Position numbers and translations under genes: made by a program. A DNA stretch of 60,029 bases from Dehalococcoidia bacterium (GTDB lineage Bacteria; Chloroflexota; Dehalococcoidia; Lucifugimonadales; UBA3495), in NCBI GenBank assembly GCA_030740155.1, contig JASLXV010000062.1, positions 1-60,029 on the forward strand, in the 5' to 3' direction. Shown piece by piece: positions 50,074 through 60,029 of this stretch; positions within the stretch are counted from its first letter, which is position 1, and each line of letters begins with the position of its first letter. The notes under the pieces were generated by a model that made no database searches, was not told the origin of the DNA, and saw nothing but the letters and a program-made list of their open reading frames with translations.

Positions 50074-50562
50074 ATGGCAGAGTTGAACTCAATGGCCGCG
50101 CCGGTTGGCGCGTTGCTGAAACAACACCAACAGACTTTGGCCGTGTCGGAATCGGCTTGCGGTGGCTTAATCTCGGCGTCCCTGCTGGCCGTGCCCGGGG
50201 CCTCGGCTTACTACCGCGGCGGAGCGGTCATCTATACCCGCGCCGCCCAGCGGGGATTGCTCCACGTACCCCATGATGCCATGGCTGGAATGCGAGCGAG
50301 TTCCGAACCCTACGCCTTGCTGAATGCCCGCACCATCCGTGAATCCCTCGGGACCACCTGGGGCTTGAGTGAAACCGGCGCCAGCGGCCCGACCGGGAAC
50401 CGCTACGGAGATGCCGCGGGACATGCTTGCATCGCCGTCGTGGGACCGGTCGAGCGCGTCATCACTCTCGAAACCGGTGACGCGGACCGGGAGGCCAACA
50501 TGTGGGCGTTTGCCGCGGCGGCACTGGAGTTGCTGGAGAGGTGCGTCAGGGAGTCCACCTGA
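50074..50562 (+). CDS. CinA C-terminal/PncC (NMN deamidase) family protein
   Basis: AVSESACGG, VPGAS, ETGASGP. Confidence 0.85.
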   Translation: MAELNSMAAPVGALLKQHQQTLAVSESACGGLISASLLAVPGASAYYRGGAVIYTRAAQRGLLHVPHDAMAGMRASSEPYALLNARTIRESLGTTWGLSETGASGPTGNRYGDAAGHACIAVVGPVERVITLETGDADREANMWAFAAAALELLERCVREST

Positions 50563-50840
50563 TTTTTCACGCCCTCCGAGACGGCGAACCCCAAGGCGTC
50601 TCCGGGGCTTGCCTTGCCGCATCTGCCGGCCGGTTCACGGAAAGCAAGATCGATCCGGGCAGCAAGGACAAAGCTTTCACCCTCATCCTAGCCTTCTCCC
50701 TGAGGGAGAAGGGATTTGTCTCCTCTCCCTCAGGGAGAGGATTAAGGTGAGGGGGTGATGTTGCAAACAGGGCCGGGCAGCCTGACTGACACCGAAATCC
50801 AGGGTGCGATCTCGTTACTAGTGCGACCGAGAAGGAGAGT

Positions 50841-52055
50841 ATGCGTTCGCCCGTCCGTCAACTGTTGACGGCCTTTCAATTTCACGATATTCGGATGCTG
50901 TGGATTTCCACGGTATCCAACCAGCTTGGGCAAGGGATGCAGCACGTCGTCCTTGGCTGGCTGGTGTTTGATTTGACGGGCTCCAGCGGGATGGTAGGGG
51001 CGATATTCGCGGCTCGCGCGGCGCCCAACTTGCTCGTTGGTCTCATTGCCGGCTCCGTAACCGACCGGGTAGACCGGCGTACATTGATGCGCGTCGCGGT
51101 GTGGGGCATGGGGCTGGCCTCCCTGGGGGCAGGTCTCTTATTGACCACCGGGAATTTGGCCATTTGGCAACTGATGCTGTTCACCTTCTCGCTGGGAACC
51201 TTTCAGGCTTTCTACATGACGGCCCGGCAGGTCTATGTGTACGACGTGGTGGGAGCCAGTGGAGCGATAAACGCCATCTCCCTGATCAGCTTGGGTCAGC
51301 GGGTAGGCCAGGTAATCGGCGCATTGCTGGCTGGGGCCCTCATCTACTGGCAGGGGGCCGGCGGTCCTTTCTTGGCCATGAGCTTGGGATACGGGATCGG
51401 GGCGTGGGTTCTTTACACACTGCGTACCGCCGGCAGCTCGGCTCCCCTGGAGCGCGAACCCATAGGTGAGAATGTCCTCAACTATTTCAGGGCACTCAGG
51501 ACCAACCGGGTCATGTTGAGCTTGATGGTTTCGACGGCCGCAACCGAAATCTTCGGGTTTTCCCATCAGGTTATGCTGCCGATTCTGGCCAAGGATGTGT
51601 TGCAGGTGAGTGCCGTGGGACTGGGAGTGCTCACCGCCTTTCGATTTGGCGGCGGCGCCATCGGGGTTGTGGCCCTGGCTGCGCTGGGAGAGGTCCGCCG
51701 CCGGGGCGTGCTGTTGCTGTCGGCCGTGGCCCTATTCGGAGCCGGCCAGGTGCTTTTGGGCCAAGCCTTCAGTTTCTGGGTTGCCCTGCTGTTTGTCGCG
51801 TTTGCCAATGCGATGGCTTCGATAGCGGACGTGCTCCACCAGAGTTTGCTCCAGCTCAGCGTTTCCAACGAGCAACGAGGCCGGGCGATGGGCTCCTGGA
51901 TCGTGGGAATCGGCACCGCCCCGGTGGGCCATTTGCAGATTGGCTATCTGGCGGAGGCCACCAACGCCCGGATAGCCCTGCTGGTCAACGGTGTTACGCT
52001 GGCGGTTCTGGCCCTGACTCTAGGGGTGCTGCTGCCCCGGTTGCGTCGCCTGTAG
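50841..52055 (+). CDS. MFS transporter
   Basis: GSVTDRVDRR, QRGRAMG, about 12 TM segments. Confidence 0.9.
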   Translation: MRSPVRQLLTAFQFHDIRMLWISTVSNQLGQGMQHVVLGWLVFDLTGSSGMVGAIFAARAAPNLLVGLIAGSVTDRVDRRTLMRVAVWGMGLASLGAGLLLTTGNLAIWQLMLFTFSLGTFQAFYMTARQVYVYDVVGASGAINAISLISLGQRVGQVIGALLAGALIYWQGAGGPFLAMSLGYGIGAWVLYTLRTAGSSAPLEREPIGENVLNYFRALRTNRVMLSLMVSTAATEIFGFSHQVMLPILAKDVLQVSAVGLGVLTAFRFGGGAIGVVALAALGEVRRRGVLLLSAVALFGAGQVLLGQAFSFWVALLFVAFANAMASIADVLHQSLLQLSVSNEQRGRAMGSWIVGIGTAPVGHLQIGYLAEATNARIALLVNGVTLAVLALTLGVLLPRLRRL

Positions 52056-52397
52056 CTTGGGCCGGCGTGGCGGTTGCGCTCCAACTTCACCCGTCAGGAA
52101 ATTGGGCGGCGGCCACCGGTCCATCGGGGCGCCGGCCGCCGGGCTGAAGAAGCGCATCGTGGATCATCCCGAGCCGCCCCCAACTCCGGGCGCGGTTGTG
52201 GATGGGCCTGGACATGGCCCGAGAGAGGTACTTCCGTAGTAGGGTAAATCAAAAGTGGGCTCCGCCAGAATCGCGGAATGGGCACCGCCCTGTAGGTTGG
52301 CCTGGCGGGGGCGGAACCGGGGCTTGCCCCGTCCCCACCGCCCTGGTTCCGAACCTTATACTGGATACGGCCGGGCCGGTGCCCGGGAGCCGCGCGC

Positions 52398-54857
52398 TCA
52401 GCCCAGGCCGTGCTCCACCCTTTTTATGTGATGAAGCTGCTGCTCTTCGCTCAGCATCACGAAGTAGGCGGACCAGCCCCCCATGCGAACTCGCAGGTGC
52501 CGGTACTTCTCCGGCTCTTTCATGGCCTGTTTCAGCTCTTCAACGTCGGTCACGGTCAGGGTGAGCATGTTGCCGCCCATGTCGACGAACGCCTTGATCA
52601 GTCCGGCCAGACGTTGGGTGCCGGCTTCACCCGTCAGGCTGTTGGACGACAGGCGCAGGTCCAGGGGTGCGCCGGTCGCCAGGTCCGCGACGCGCATCTT
52701 CAGGTAGGAATTGATTGCCGAGGTGGGCCCGGAAACGTCCGTTCCGCAAACGGGAGAAAAGTTGGACGCTATCACCTCTCCGTGGTGACGGCCGTCCGGC
52801 GTGGCCCCCACCTCCTTGCCGATCATGGCGTACCAGGAGAAGGTGCCCACTGCGGGCGGGAAGATCAACTCGGGATACCGCGCCGCATGCTGCCGGGTCC
52901 GTTCCACGAAGTAGTCCATCATCTCCACGCCGATGCTGTCCGCGTCGCCGTTGTCGTTGGCGAACTTGGGGGCGCGGGCAATCAGGCGCCGGCGCAGGTT
53001 CTCATAACCATCCCAGTCGGCGGCCGTGGCGGCCATCAGTTCGTCCATAGTGACGCTCTGGTCCTCGAACACCAGCTTCTTGATGGCGGCCATGGCGTCT
53101 ATCGCGTTGGCGACGGCTTCGCCCATGACGTGCCAGATGGTGTAGCGGGGGCCGCCCCGGATGACGTCTTTCTCGTTCTCCAGGCAATCGAGGGTGAGTG
53201 CCGATAGGAACGGATTGGAGCTGTACTTTCCGTGGTTGCTGTGCTCCAGCGTACCGTTCTCGATAGCGCCGCCGATGTAGTCGATGCCCAAACCCAACTG
53301 GGTGTCCAACTGGTTCTTCCAGGCGCCCATCAGCTCTGAAAAGCCCTTGAAATCCCGGGGGTCGCCGGTGTCCGGCCCCAACTGGCCGTGAACGCTGGAA
53401 TTTCCCCGGTTCAGAGCCATCTCAACGAAGAGCAGGAAGTTAATCCCGCGAATCAGCTCCTGATCGGACTTGCCCTCGATCATGGTCTCCCAGCAGTTGG
53501 AGTTGGCGTAGCCGCGGGCGTCCTCCCGGGGCACTCCCAGGTCGATATATGCCTGAATGATGGTGTCGTCGTTGTTGACGAAGGGCATGCCGCCGCCGCT
53601 CTTCAAGACCTCCGCCACCCTGGTGACCAGCTTGCCCGGCGAGCCCTGGTGCAGCCGCACGGTGACGACCGGGCTGGTGAAGGCGAACTTTTCGAGGGCG
53701 TTCAGGCACAGATGGGTGATCTCGTTGGTGCCGTCTGACCCATCGGGCCGGATGCCGCTCAGGAGGATGTTCTGGCCGAAGTGGTTGATCGCGTCGGCCG
53801 CGTCGGTGGCGTAGCGGAACCGCTGCCGGTGGCCGACCAGGTATTTCGTCGGGCCCTTGTCCACTACCAGGCCGGCCGCCTTGTCGGAGGACCCGGTTAA
53901 CGGGCTCGACAGCTTTGCTCCGTTGTACCCGCCGGTATCTGGGTCACCATCGGTTTGGTCGACGTAGAAGTTCTCGCGGCAGATCTGGGCCCGGTCGTTG
54001 AACCGCAGCCAGAGGCAGTCCATGAGTTCTTGGGCCTCGTCGAGGGTGATCGTCCCCGCGTCCAGGTCTCTCTCCAACGCCCCGTGGAGGAACTGGTCCA
54101 TGCGGCCACAGGAGATGTTGGTCTGGGTGGAAAAGAACGCGTAGTGGATGAACCAGAAGGATTGGACCGCCTCATGGAACGTGCGGGCGGAGTGTTCGGG
54201 AACCCAGCGGCAGACCTCGGCGATCTTGCGAAGCTCGGCACTTCGCTCGGGGGTCCCGGCGCCGGTGGAAAGCTCCTCGGCCAGATCGGCGTATCGATGG
54301 GCCATGGCGACGACCGCGCCACTTTGCAGGCGCATCGCCTCGAGCCAGGTCAGCGTCTCGTCGCGCTCCGCCGACTGGGGACGGCCGGCCACATCGGCGG
54401 CCTTGCGGTCGATTCCGGCAATGATCCCGGAGAGTCCTTGGTCCAGCACTTCGTAGTAGTAGGGCGTCTTGTGCCCGAGCTGGGCGGAGATCCGCGAGCC
54501 CTCGGCGCCGGCCCTGTCGTGTTCTTCTTCGGTCGCGTAGCTGGGCATCTGTGTCCGGACGATGATGCCGTCCAGTACGGTGTTGCCGACGATCAGGTCA
54601 TCTTCTTCGATGGTGATGGGCATTCGCCGGAGCGCCATCTCGAATGCTTTGGCGCGGCGCACTTCCAGGGGCAGATGCGCGGTGGAGTCATCGATGATAG
54701 AGAGGCCGGACCCCCAGCTGATCTGCTTGCGGGTCATCCGCTCTTGGACCACGGCCAAGAGCCGGCCGGCCTTGCTGCCCCGCGAGCGAAGTCCGGCGTC
54801 CATCGCCATCAGCGTCCGGTCTGTCTTCCGGGCATCCCTAACCGATGTAGTTGCCAT
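52398..54857 (-). CDS. Glycyl radical enzyme (PFL-like superfamily), unassigned class
   Basis: ARTFHEAVQSFWF, GRMDQFL, Cys loop NSNCWE, PKFAND, ATPDGR, Gly loop RVRMGGWSAYF. Confidence 0.93.
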   Translation of the reverse strand: MATTSVRDARKTDRTLMAMDAGLRSRGSKAGRLLAVVQERMTRKQISWGSGLSIIDDSTAHLPLEVRRAKAFEMALRRMPITIEEDDLIVGNTVLDGIIVRTQMPSYATEEEHDRAGAEGSRISAQLGHKTPYYYEVLDQGLSGIIAGIDRKAADVAGRPQSAERDETLTWLEAMRLQSGAVVAMAHRYADLAEELSTGAGTPERSAELRKIAEVCRWVPEHSARTFHEAVQSFWFIHYAFFSTQTNISCGRMDQFLHGALERDLDAGTITLDEAQELMDCLWLRFNDRAQICRENFYVDQTDGDPDTGGYNGAKLSSPLTGSSDKAAGLVVDKGPTKYLVGHRQRFRYATDAADAINHFGQNILLSGIRPDGSDGTNEITHLCLNALEKFAFTSPVVTVRLHQGSPGKLVTRVAEVLKSGGGMPFVNNDDTIIQAYIDLGVPREDARGYANSNCWETMIEGKSDQELIRGINFLLFVEMALNRGNSSVHGQLGPDTGDPRDFKGFSELMGAWKNQLDTQLGLGIDYIGGAIENGTLEHSNHGKYSSNPFLSALTLDCLENEKDVIRGGPRYTIWHVMGEAVANAIDAMAAIKKLVFEDQSVTMDELMAATAADWDGYENLRRRLIARAPKFANDNGDADSIGVEMMDYFVERTRQHAARYPELIFPPAVGTFSWYAMIGKEVGATPDGRHHGEVIASNFSPVCGTDVSGPTSAINSYLKMRVADLATGAPLDLRLSSNSLTGEAGTQRLAGLIKAFVDMGGNMLTLTVTDVEELKQAMKEPEKYRHLRVRMGGWSAYFVMLSEEQQLHHIKRVEHGLG

Positions 54858-54939
54858 TACGACGGTCTCCTTCTGTAACGAGCGGGTCTGTTTCCATCAA
54901 AAAGCCACTGGTAAATGGTCGTTACGGCCGCTAGGCCGG

Positions 54940-55899
54940 CTATCCGCCTACCTGGACCTGGAGTCCCTCCCGGCGGCACAGGTCCGCCAGGGAGGCCATG
55001 TGTTCCCCGGTCTGAGTCTCTTTGGCCCGGAGCGAGTAGGAGCGGCCGATCCACTCATACTTGGCCCCCGCAGCGCCATTGTAGGGCAAGAGCACGATCC
55101 TGTCGACGCCGATTCCGGCGCCAAATCTGGCGATGGACCGGATTTGCTCCTTGCCGTCGTTTATGCCGGGGATGCACGGCACCCGGATTTGAATCTCGTG
55201 GCCCGAAGCGGCAAGCTGCTCCAGGTTTCGCAGAATCAGGTCGTTGGGCACCCCGGCGTGGCGACGGTGGGAGGCGGAGTCGATGAACTTCAAATCGTAC
55301 AGAAGCAGGTCGGCGACGCTTGCCAGTTCCGCCATCGCCTCCCAGCGGGCGTAGCCGGTGGTCTCCAGCGCGGTGTGGATGCCACGCTCCTTGCAGGCCA
55401 GCAGAAAGTTATAGGAGAACTCCGGCTGCCTTGCGGGCTCACCGCCGCTCAGCGTGACCCCGCCCCCCGAGCTTCGGAAGTAAGGGAGGTCCCGCTCGAC
55501 CTCCAACGCCAGTTCGCCGACTGTGATCGGCGTGCCCGCCAACCTGAGGGCGCCGGGGTAGCACACCTCCACGCACTTTCCGCACGCGGTACATCTGCTA
55601 CGGTCCAGGACCGCCGCTTCCTGTCCTCCGTGCCTGCCGCTGGTCAGCGCACCTTCCGGGCAGACCTCCAGGCACAGCCAGCAGCCGGTACACCGCTGGA
55701 CCTGGTACAGGATATCGGGATGATTGAGCTGGGACTCGGGGCTATGACACCACACGCAGGCCAGCGGGCAGCCCTTCAGGAATACGGCGGTGCGTATTCC
55801 GGGGCCGTCGTGGGAGGCGAATTTGTCGACGTCGAGCAGCAGCCCTTGGATTGTCAGGTCGGCGCTGCGGGAGGCGACGCTCCTCTCAGGGACGGACAT
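54940..55899 (-). CDS. Glycyl-radical activating enzyme (radical SAM with ferredoxin insert)
   Basis: HDGPGIRT, GCPLACVWCHSPE, two CxxCxxCxxxCP-type motifs, GGVTLSGGEP. Confidence 0.95.
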   Translation of the reverse strand: MSVPERSVASRSADLTIQGLLLDVDKFASHDGPGIRTAVFLKGCPLACVWCHSPESQLNHPDILYQVQRCTGCWLCLEVCPEGALTSGRHGGQEAAVLDRSRCTACGKCVEVCYPGALRLAGTPITVGELALEVERDLPYFRSSGGGVTLSGGEPARQPEFSYNFLLACKERGIHTALETTGYARWEAMAELASVADLLLYDLKFIDSASHRRHAGVPNDLILRNLEQLAASGHEIQIRVPCIPGINDGKEQIRSIARFGAGIGVDRIVLLPYNGAAGAKYEWIGRSYSLRAKETQTGEHMASLADLCRREGLQVQVGG

Positions 55900-56001
55900 A
55901 GTTTCTCCGAATGTGATCGGGATTTGTAACTAGTGTACCCGATGGCTTCGGTGCGGTCCCGTTCTTGTACCACGGGTAATCCAAGCTTTGCACGCTTTTG
56001 G

Positions 56002-56505
56002 CTAGTGTTCCATCCCCTTCGGGCAATACTTGTCTCCTTCCTCTCTGGTGATCCGGCCGCAGGCCATCAGCCACATGCGGGATATCTCGGGGCCCATGAA
56101 ACTGAAGGTGCTCTTGAGTTCTTTCCTCAGGTTCGGATAGGTACTCCCCGGAAGTATGTCGTAGAACCAGGTGCAGAAGCGGCCGTGTTTGGCCTGCAGG
56201 TCCCGGATGGTGCGGGCGTTCTTAACAGTAGCCTGAATCTTCAGCCGGTTCCGGATGATGCCGGCGTCATGCATCAGGGCCTCGATAACCTCCGGCCCCA
56301 TGGCGGCAACAGCGTCGATGTCCCAGTCGGCGAAGGCCGCCCGGAAGCCGTCTCTTTTGTCCAGGACCATCTTCCAGTTCAGACCGGCCTGGAACACTTG
56401 TAGGCTCATGATTTCAAATAGGGCGTTGTCCTCATCGACCCGATTTCCCCAGATGGTGTTGGAGTACCAATCGGACAAGGGGTCGTGGGGCGGTTCATGG
56501 GGCAT
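56002..56505 (-). CDS. DNA-3-methyladenine glycosylase I (Tag)-like protein, divergent
   Basis: LFE...FQAGLNW, GIIRNRLKIQATVKNA, FSFMGP. Confidence 0.8.
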   Translation of the reverse strand: MPHEPPHDPLSDWYSNTIWGNRVDEDNALFEIMSLQVFQAGLNWKMVLDKRDGFRAAFADWDIDAVAAMGPEVIEALMHDAGIIRNRLKIQATVKNARTIRDLQAKHGRFCTWFYDILPGSTYPNLRKELKSTFSFMGPEISRMWLMACGRITREEGDKYCPKGMEH

Positions 56506-56798
56506 GCGATACCTCTCAATCTGGGTTGGTCTTGGTCCGTTCTATTCTGCGACAGGCGTAGGGTGTTGGCGATGGCTGGATTCCGGCCTTCGCCGGGATG
56601 ACGGAGGGGCTTCGCCGGTCTGCGGGCCGGGTAACAAGCCATTTGCGAGACTCTAGGTCTAGGCACACTCCTCATCATCGTCTTTCCGGCGAAGGCCGGA
56701 ATCCAGGGAGACAAGACTGGATCCCGGCCTTCGCCGGGATGACGGAGGGGCTTCACCGGTCTACGGGCCGGGTATCAAGCCATTTGCGAGACTCCGGA

Positions 56799-57581
56799 CT
56801 ATCGCATCTTCCACACGGGCCGGCGTTTTTCCACGAATGCCCCGGCCGCTTCCTTCCGGTCTTCGGTGCGGAGAATCGCTTCTTGAAGGGGCTCCGCGAG
56901 CTTGGCGGCGAATTCCAGGGGCAGGTCACGGGTCTGCGAGACGGCCTGCTTGATGTACTGTATGGCCAGGGGCGAGCAGAGCAGAATCTCCTGGGCGATC
57001 CGGTCTGCCTCCTCGAAAAGGGCGTCACGGTCGGGCACCACGCTCTGGATCAGGCCGATGCGGTAGGCTCGGTCCGCGTCGATATGGGTGCCGGTCAGTT
57101 GGATGTAGAGAGCCTCGCCCAGGGCGATGGTCCGTGACAGGTAGAGGAGGCCAAAATTGGCCAGCCCTCCGGCGTTCCGGGGCTCCGGCAGTCCAAGGGC
57201 CGACTTCTGGGTGGCGATGCGTATGTCGCACTGAAGGGCCAGCTCCAGTCCTCCACCCAGGCAGTATCCGTCGATGGCGGCGATGACCGGCTTCCACAGG
57301 TTGATGCTGCGGAAGGGCCAGATGGGGAAATTATGGACGGTGCCGCCCTGCTCCGCCACGTTCCGCTCTTTCAGGTCAGCCCCGGCGGAGAAGGCCCGGC
57401 CACCCTCGCCGGAGACTATGGCGACCAGGAGTTCATTGTCGTCTCGGAACTCGAGCAGGATTTCTTGCAAGCATGTCTTCAGGCCGGTGCTTATGGCGTT
57501 CAGCACGTGGGGCCGGTCCAGGGTTATGTAGGCGATCTGTCCCCGTTTCTCGAATCTCACCGGGGCTTTTTCGGTGGTCAT
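56799..57581 (-). CDS. Enoyl-CoA hydratase/isomerase family protein
   Basis: AFSAGADLKE, GGGLELALQCD, GLPE, AFVEKR. Confidence 0.93.
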   Translation of the reverse strand: MTTEKAPVRFEKRGQIAYITLDRPHVLNAISTGLKTCLQEILLEFRDDNELLVAIVSGEGGRAFSAGADLKERNVAEQGGTVHNFPIWPFRSINLWKPVIAAIDGYCLGGGLELALQCDIRIATQKSALGLPEPRNAGGLANFGLLYLSRTIALGEALYIQLTGTHIDADRAYRIGLIQSVVPDRDALFEEADRIAQEILLCSPLAIQYIKQAVSQTRDLPLEFAAKLAEPLQEAILRTEDRKEAAGAFVEKRRPVWKMR

Positions 57582-57728
57582 TAACTGCTCCTTTAAGCGT
57601 TCATTGAATCAGGAAGTCCAAAATAACCTCAATCCTTTCCCGTTAAGGGGGAGGATTGAGGCAAGGGGTATCGCCCCTGGTTTGAGGACTCACCTGACCC
57701 GGGTTGGGATATCCGAAGTGCCGCGCTC

Positions 57729-58934
57729 CTAGGCCACGGCACGTCCCTCTCTCATGCTTTTTATGTCGTCCTTGCCGTAGCCCAGCCCCTCCAGGATGGC
57801 GTCGGTGTCCGCGCCGACCAGTGGAGCCGGGTCGAACTTGGCCCGGCCCGGCGTCTTCGAGAAGCCGATGGGGACCCCGACCTGGCGGATCTTGCCCAGC
57901 TCCGGGTCGTCGATCTCGACCACCATTCCCCGGTGCTGAATTTGAAGGTCGTTCAGCGCCTCGTCGATCGTGTACACCTTGCCGATGCAGATGTTGTGGT
58001 CCTTCAAAAGCTCCCACCATTCGTCCCTGGTGCGCGTGCGCATGATCCCCTCCACCTCCCGGTGTACCGCGTCCCACTCTTCGGTGGGAGGCTCGGTCTG
58101 GTGTTTGGCCTCTCGCTTCCAGGGCAGGAGGTCCTCCCGGCCGATCACCCGGCAGAAGTTCTCCCAGAAGTGGTGCTCGATGCACCCGAGGGTGAACCAT
58201 TTCCCGTCCTTGGTCTCGTAGGCGCTGTAATAGGGATACGAGCCGGAAGAGGAAGACTCGCCCCGTTTGGGGCCCACGCCGTACAGCATGTGGCCGGAAA
58301 GGGCGGCGGACCCGCTCATGATGCTGGTCACGCCGTAGACGTAGGACACGTCCAGGTGCTGGCCCTCGCCGGTGGTTTGCCGGGCCAGCAACGCCGTGAC
58401 GATGCCGATGACTCCGTGCAGCGACGCCGACGAAAGGTCGGCGATGAGGTTGAGCGGCTCCATGGGCGGCCCGCCTCTCATGCCCAACACGTCCAGGACG
58501 CCGGACATGGCCATGTAGTTGATGTCGTGGCCCGGCAGTTCCGCGTACGGCCCCGTTTGGCCGTATCCGCTGAGCGAGCAGTAGACCAATCGGGGGTTGA
58601 TGGCCTGGATCGTCTCATAGTCGACGCGCAGGCGCTTGGCGACGCCGGGCCGGTAGCCCTCGACTATTACGTCGCAGGTGGCAGCGATCTTGTGTAACAC
58701 CTCCTGGCTGGAAGGTTGGCTCAGGTCCAGGACGATGCTCTTCTTGTTGCGGTCCAGGGTCTGCCGCCGGACTCTCTGTTCCTTGCTACTTCCCGGCGTC
58801 CCCCGTTTGGGGTCCGCGGGTGCGTCAATCTTGATTACCTCGGCCCCCATGTCCGCCAGTAGCCTGCTGCAGAAGGCCCCGGGCCCCTGGCGCGTCAGTT
58901 CCAGAATTCGAATTCCCTCCAATGGCGTTGGCAT
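57729..58934 (-). CDS. CoA-transferase family III (CaiB/BaiF, methylacyl-CoA racemase-like)
   Basis: GAEVIK, RNKKS, EGYRPGV, GHDINY, IAD. Confidence 0.93.
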   Translation of the reverse strand: MPTPLEGIRILELTRQGPGAFCSRLLADMGAEVIKIDAPADPKRGTPGSSKEQRVRRQTLDRNKKSIVLDLSQPSSQEVLHKIAATCDVIVEGYRPGVAKRLRVDYETIQAINPRLVYCSLSGYGQTGPYAELPGHDINYMAMSGVLDVLGMRGGPPMEPLNLIADLSSASLHGVIGIVTALLARQTTGEGQHLDVSYVYGVTSIMSGSAALSGHMLYGVGPKRGESSSSGSYPYYSAYETKDGKWFTLGCIEHHFWENFCRVIGREDLLPWKREAKHQTEPPTEEWDAVHREVEGIMRTRTRDEWWELLKDHNICIGKVYTIDEALNDLQIQHRGMVVEIDDPELGKIRQVGVPIGFSKTPGRAKFDPAPLVGADTDAILEGLGYGKDDIKSMREGRAVA

Positions 58935-59212
58935 GTCTCTCCTCCTTGGCTGATATACCCTATCGCAAACCGCCGGGGCGCCCCCTGGGAACGATTGTCG
59001 ACGAGGGGAATGGTAGTAGGAGTGAGGGTTGGCGTCAACCGGCGGGGGGGCTGGGCAGCCTGGGGGGCGGTGGTGGTGGACAGTCAGGCCGAGGGAAATT
59101 ATCTACATTAGAGGCCCTACATGGATTATGCTCTTCAAGATGTTATTATCGAGATATTCAGGACTAACCGGCGACCCATCAGTGAAAAGATTCAACGTGT
59201 GGCACACGAGAG

Positions 59213-60029
59213 ATGAATTCTAGCAAATGGAGGCGATGGGTTCGAAGGCAATGGCCGCGGACCTACGAATGGCAGGCGACTGCGTTCTACTGGGCTGTCA
59301 CACGCCAATGGAGGGCCAAAGAATTCCAGACCCAGAAACTCCAATATTCTGCAATTGCCTGGCTTCGGACTCGCAAGGAATCCACGTTGCTGCTCCTTCA
59401 AATATTTCAGACCGTCTTCGGCCAAGTTTTGCTTGCAACCGCCTTGGTTGTTGGCCTGGAGGTCCTCGAGTCGTTTCTTCTGAATCGAGGCGGACTCGTT
59501 CCAGGTCTTTCCGCCGCTCACGAACGACTGGGCTTGCAATTGAGGGGATCCTCTTACACCAGTATTCTCGTGGCACTAGCACAGATTTCCGGAATATTCC
59601 TCGGACTCTACTTCACAGCAGTCAGCATCGTTGCCAGTACCGTTTATGCCCGGGTCTCCACTGACGTCCGTGCTCTATTGGTGCGCGAAAAAGTTGGCGA
59701 CCTTTACATCAAATTGGTCGCGCTACTTGGGGCGTTAGCGGTTCTGGTGCTGGCGAAAAACTCGCTGGGATTCGCCCCAAACGTGTTAGACCTCGGTCTC
59801 ATTACCATCCTCGGTGTAAGTGCCATTCTCAGCTTCGTAATCCTTGGTAGGCGAATCTTTGACTTCTTTGACCCCACAAGGCTCGTGCCTGTTGGCAACC
59901 AGCACAAATGGGACAGTTTGGGACCCGAGAGATCAGAGGTGTGGAAGAGCTTGGGTGAGCTGCCTGAGGGTCCGGTTATGAAGTCTTCGCCTATCGATCG
60001 TTTGAGCCTTCACCTCCTTTCTGCGCTGT
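59213..60029 (+). CDS. Membrane protein, open to the window end (not in the ORF track)
   Basis: ATG 59213 MNSSKWRRW... with no stop to 60029; TM segments LAQISGIFLGLYFTAVSIVASTVY and LITILGVSAILSFVILG; lower GC than surroundings. Confidence 0.65.
   Translation, partial: MNSSKWRRWVRRQWPRTYEWQATAFYWAVTRQWRAKEFQTQKLQYSAIAWLRTRKESTLLLLQIFQTVFGQVLLATALVVGLEVLESFLLNRGGLVPGLSAAHERLGLQLRGSSYTSILVALAQISGIFLGLYFTAVSIVASTVYARVSTDVRALLVREKVGDLYIKLVALLGALAVLVLAKNSLGFAPNVLDLGLITILGVSAILSFVILGRRIFDFFDPTRLVPVGNQHKWDSLGPERSEVWKSLGELPEGPVMKSSPIDRLSLHLLSAL

Overview
A GC-rich bacterial window, probably Chloroflexota/Dehalococcoidia (SAR202-like). This is inferred from the tmRNA tag GEREFALAV, tandem LLM monooxygenases, several CaiB/MaoC/crotonase genes and an ArlH/FlaH-like ATPase. 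It starts with tmRNA and tRNA-Pro(CGG), followed by a long catabolic/redox accessory region. Main points: (1) nickel-pincer (NPN) genes larE-larB and a larA homologue, with two nearby DUF362 proteins that keep the LarA H-x9-K-x14/15-H cofactor-binding spacing; one carries a ferredoxin module and is co-transcribed with a divergent AOR-family enzyme. (2) Three selenoprotein candidates that the ORF track splits at in-frame UGA codons, each followed by a SECIS-like hairpin: one C-GCAxxG-C-C protein and two UGSC proteins, the latter in a cluster with four paralogues of the UGSC partner domain. (3) A glycyl radical enzyme with non-canonical active-site loops (SNCWE / RMGGW) next to its activase. (4) A pseudo-receiver fused to an ArlH-like ATPase. 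(5) A RAYT transposase with REPs inside its own gene, plus several other palindromic repeat families and three pseudogene fragments. All family calls come from motif recognition by eye; no searches were run.
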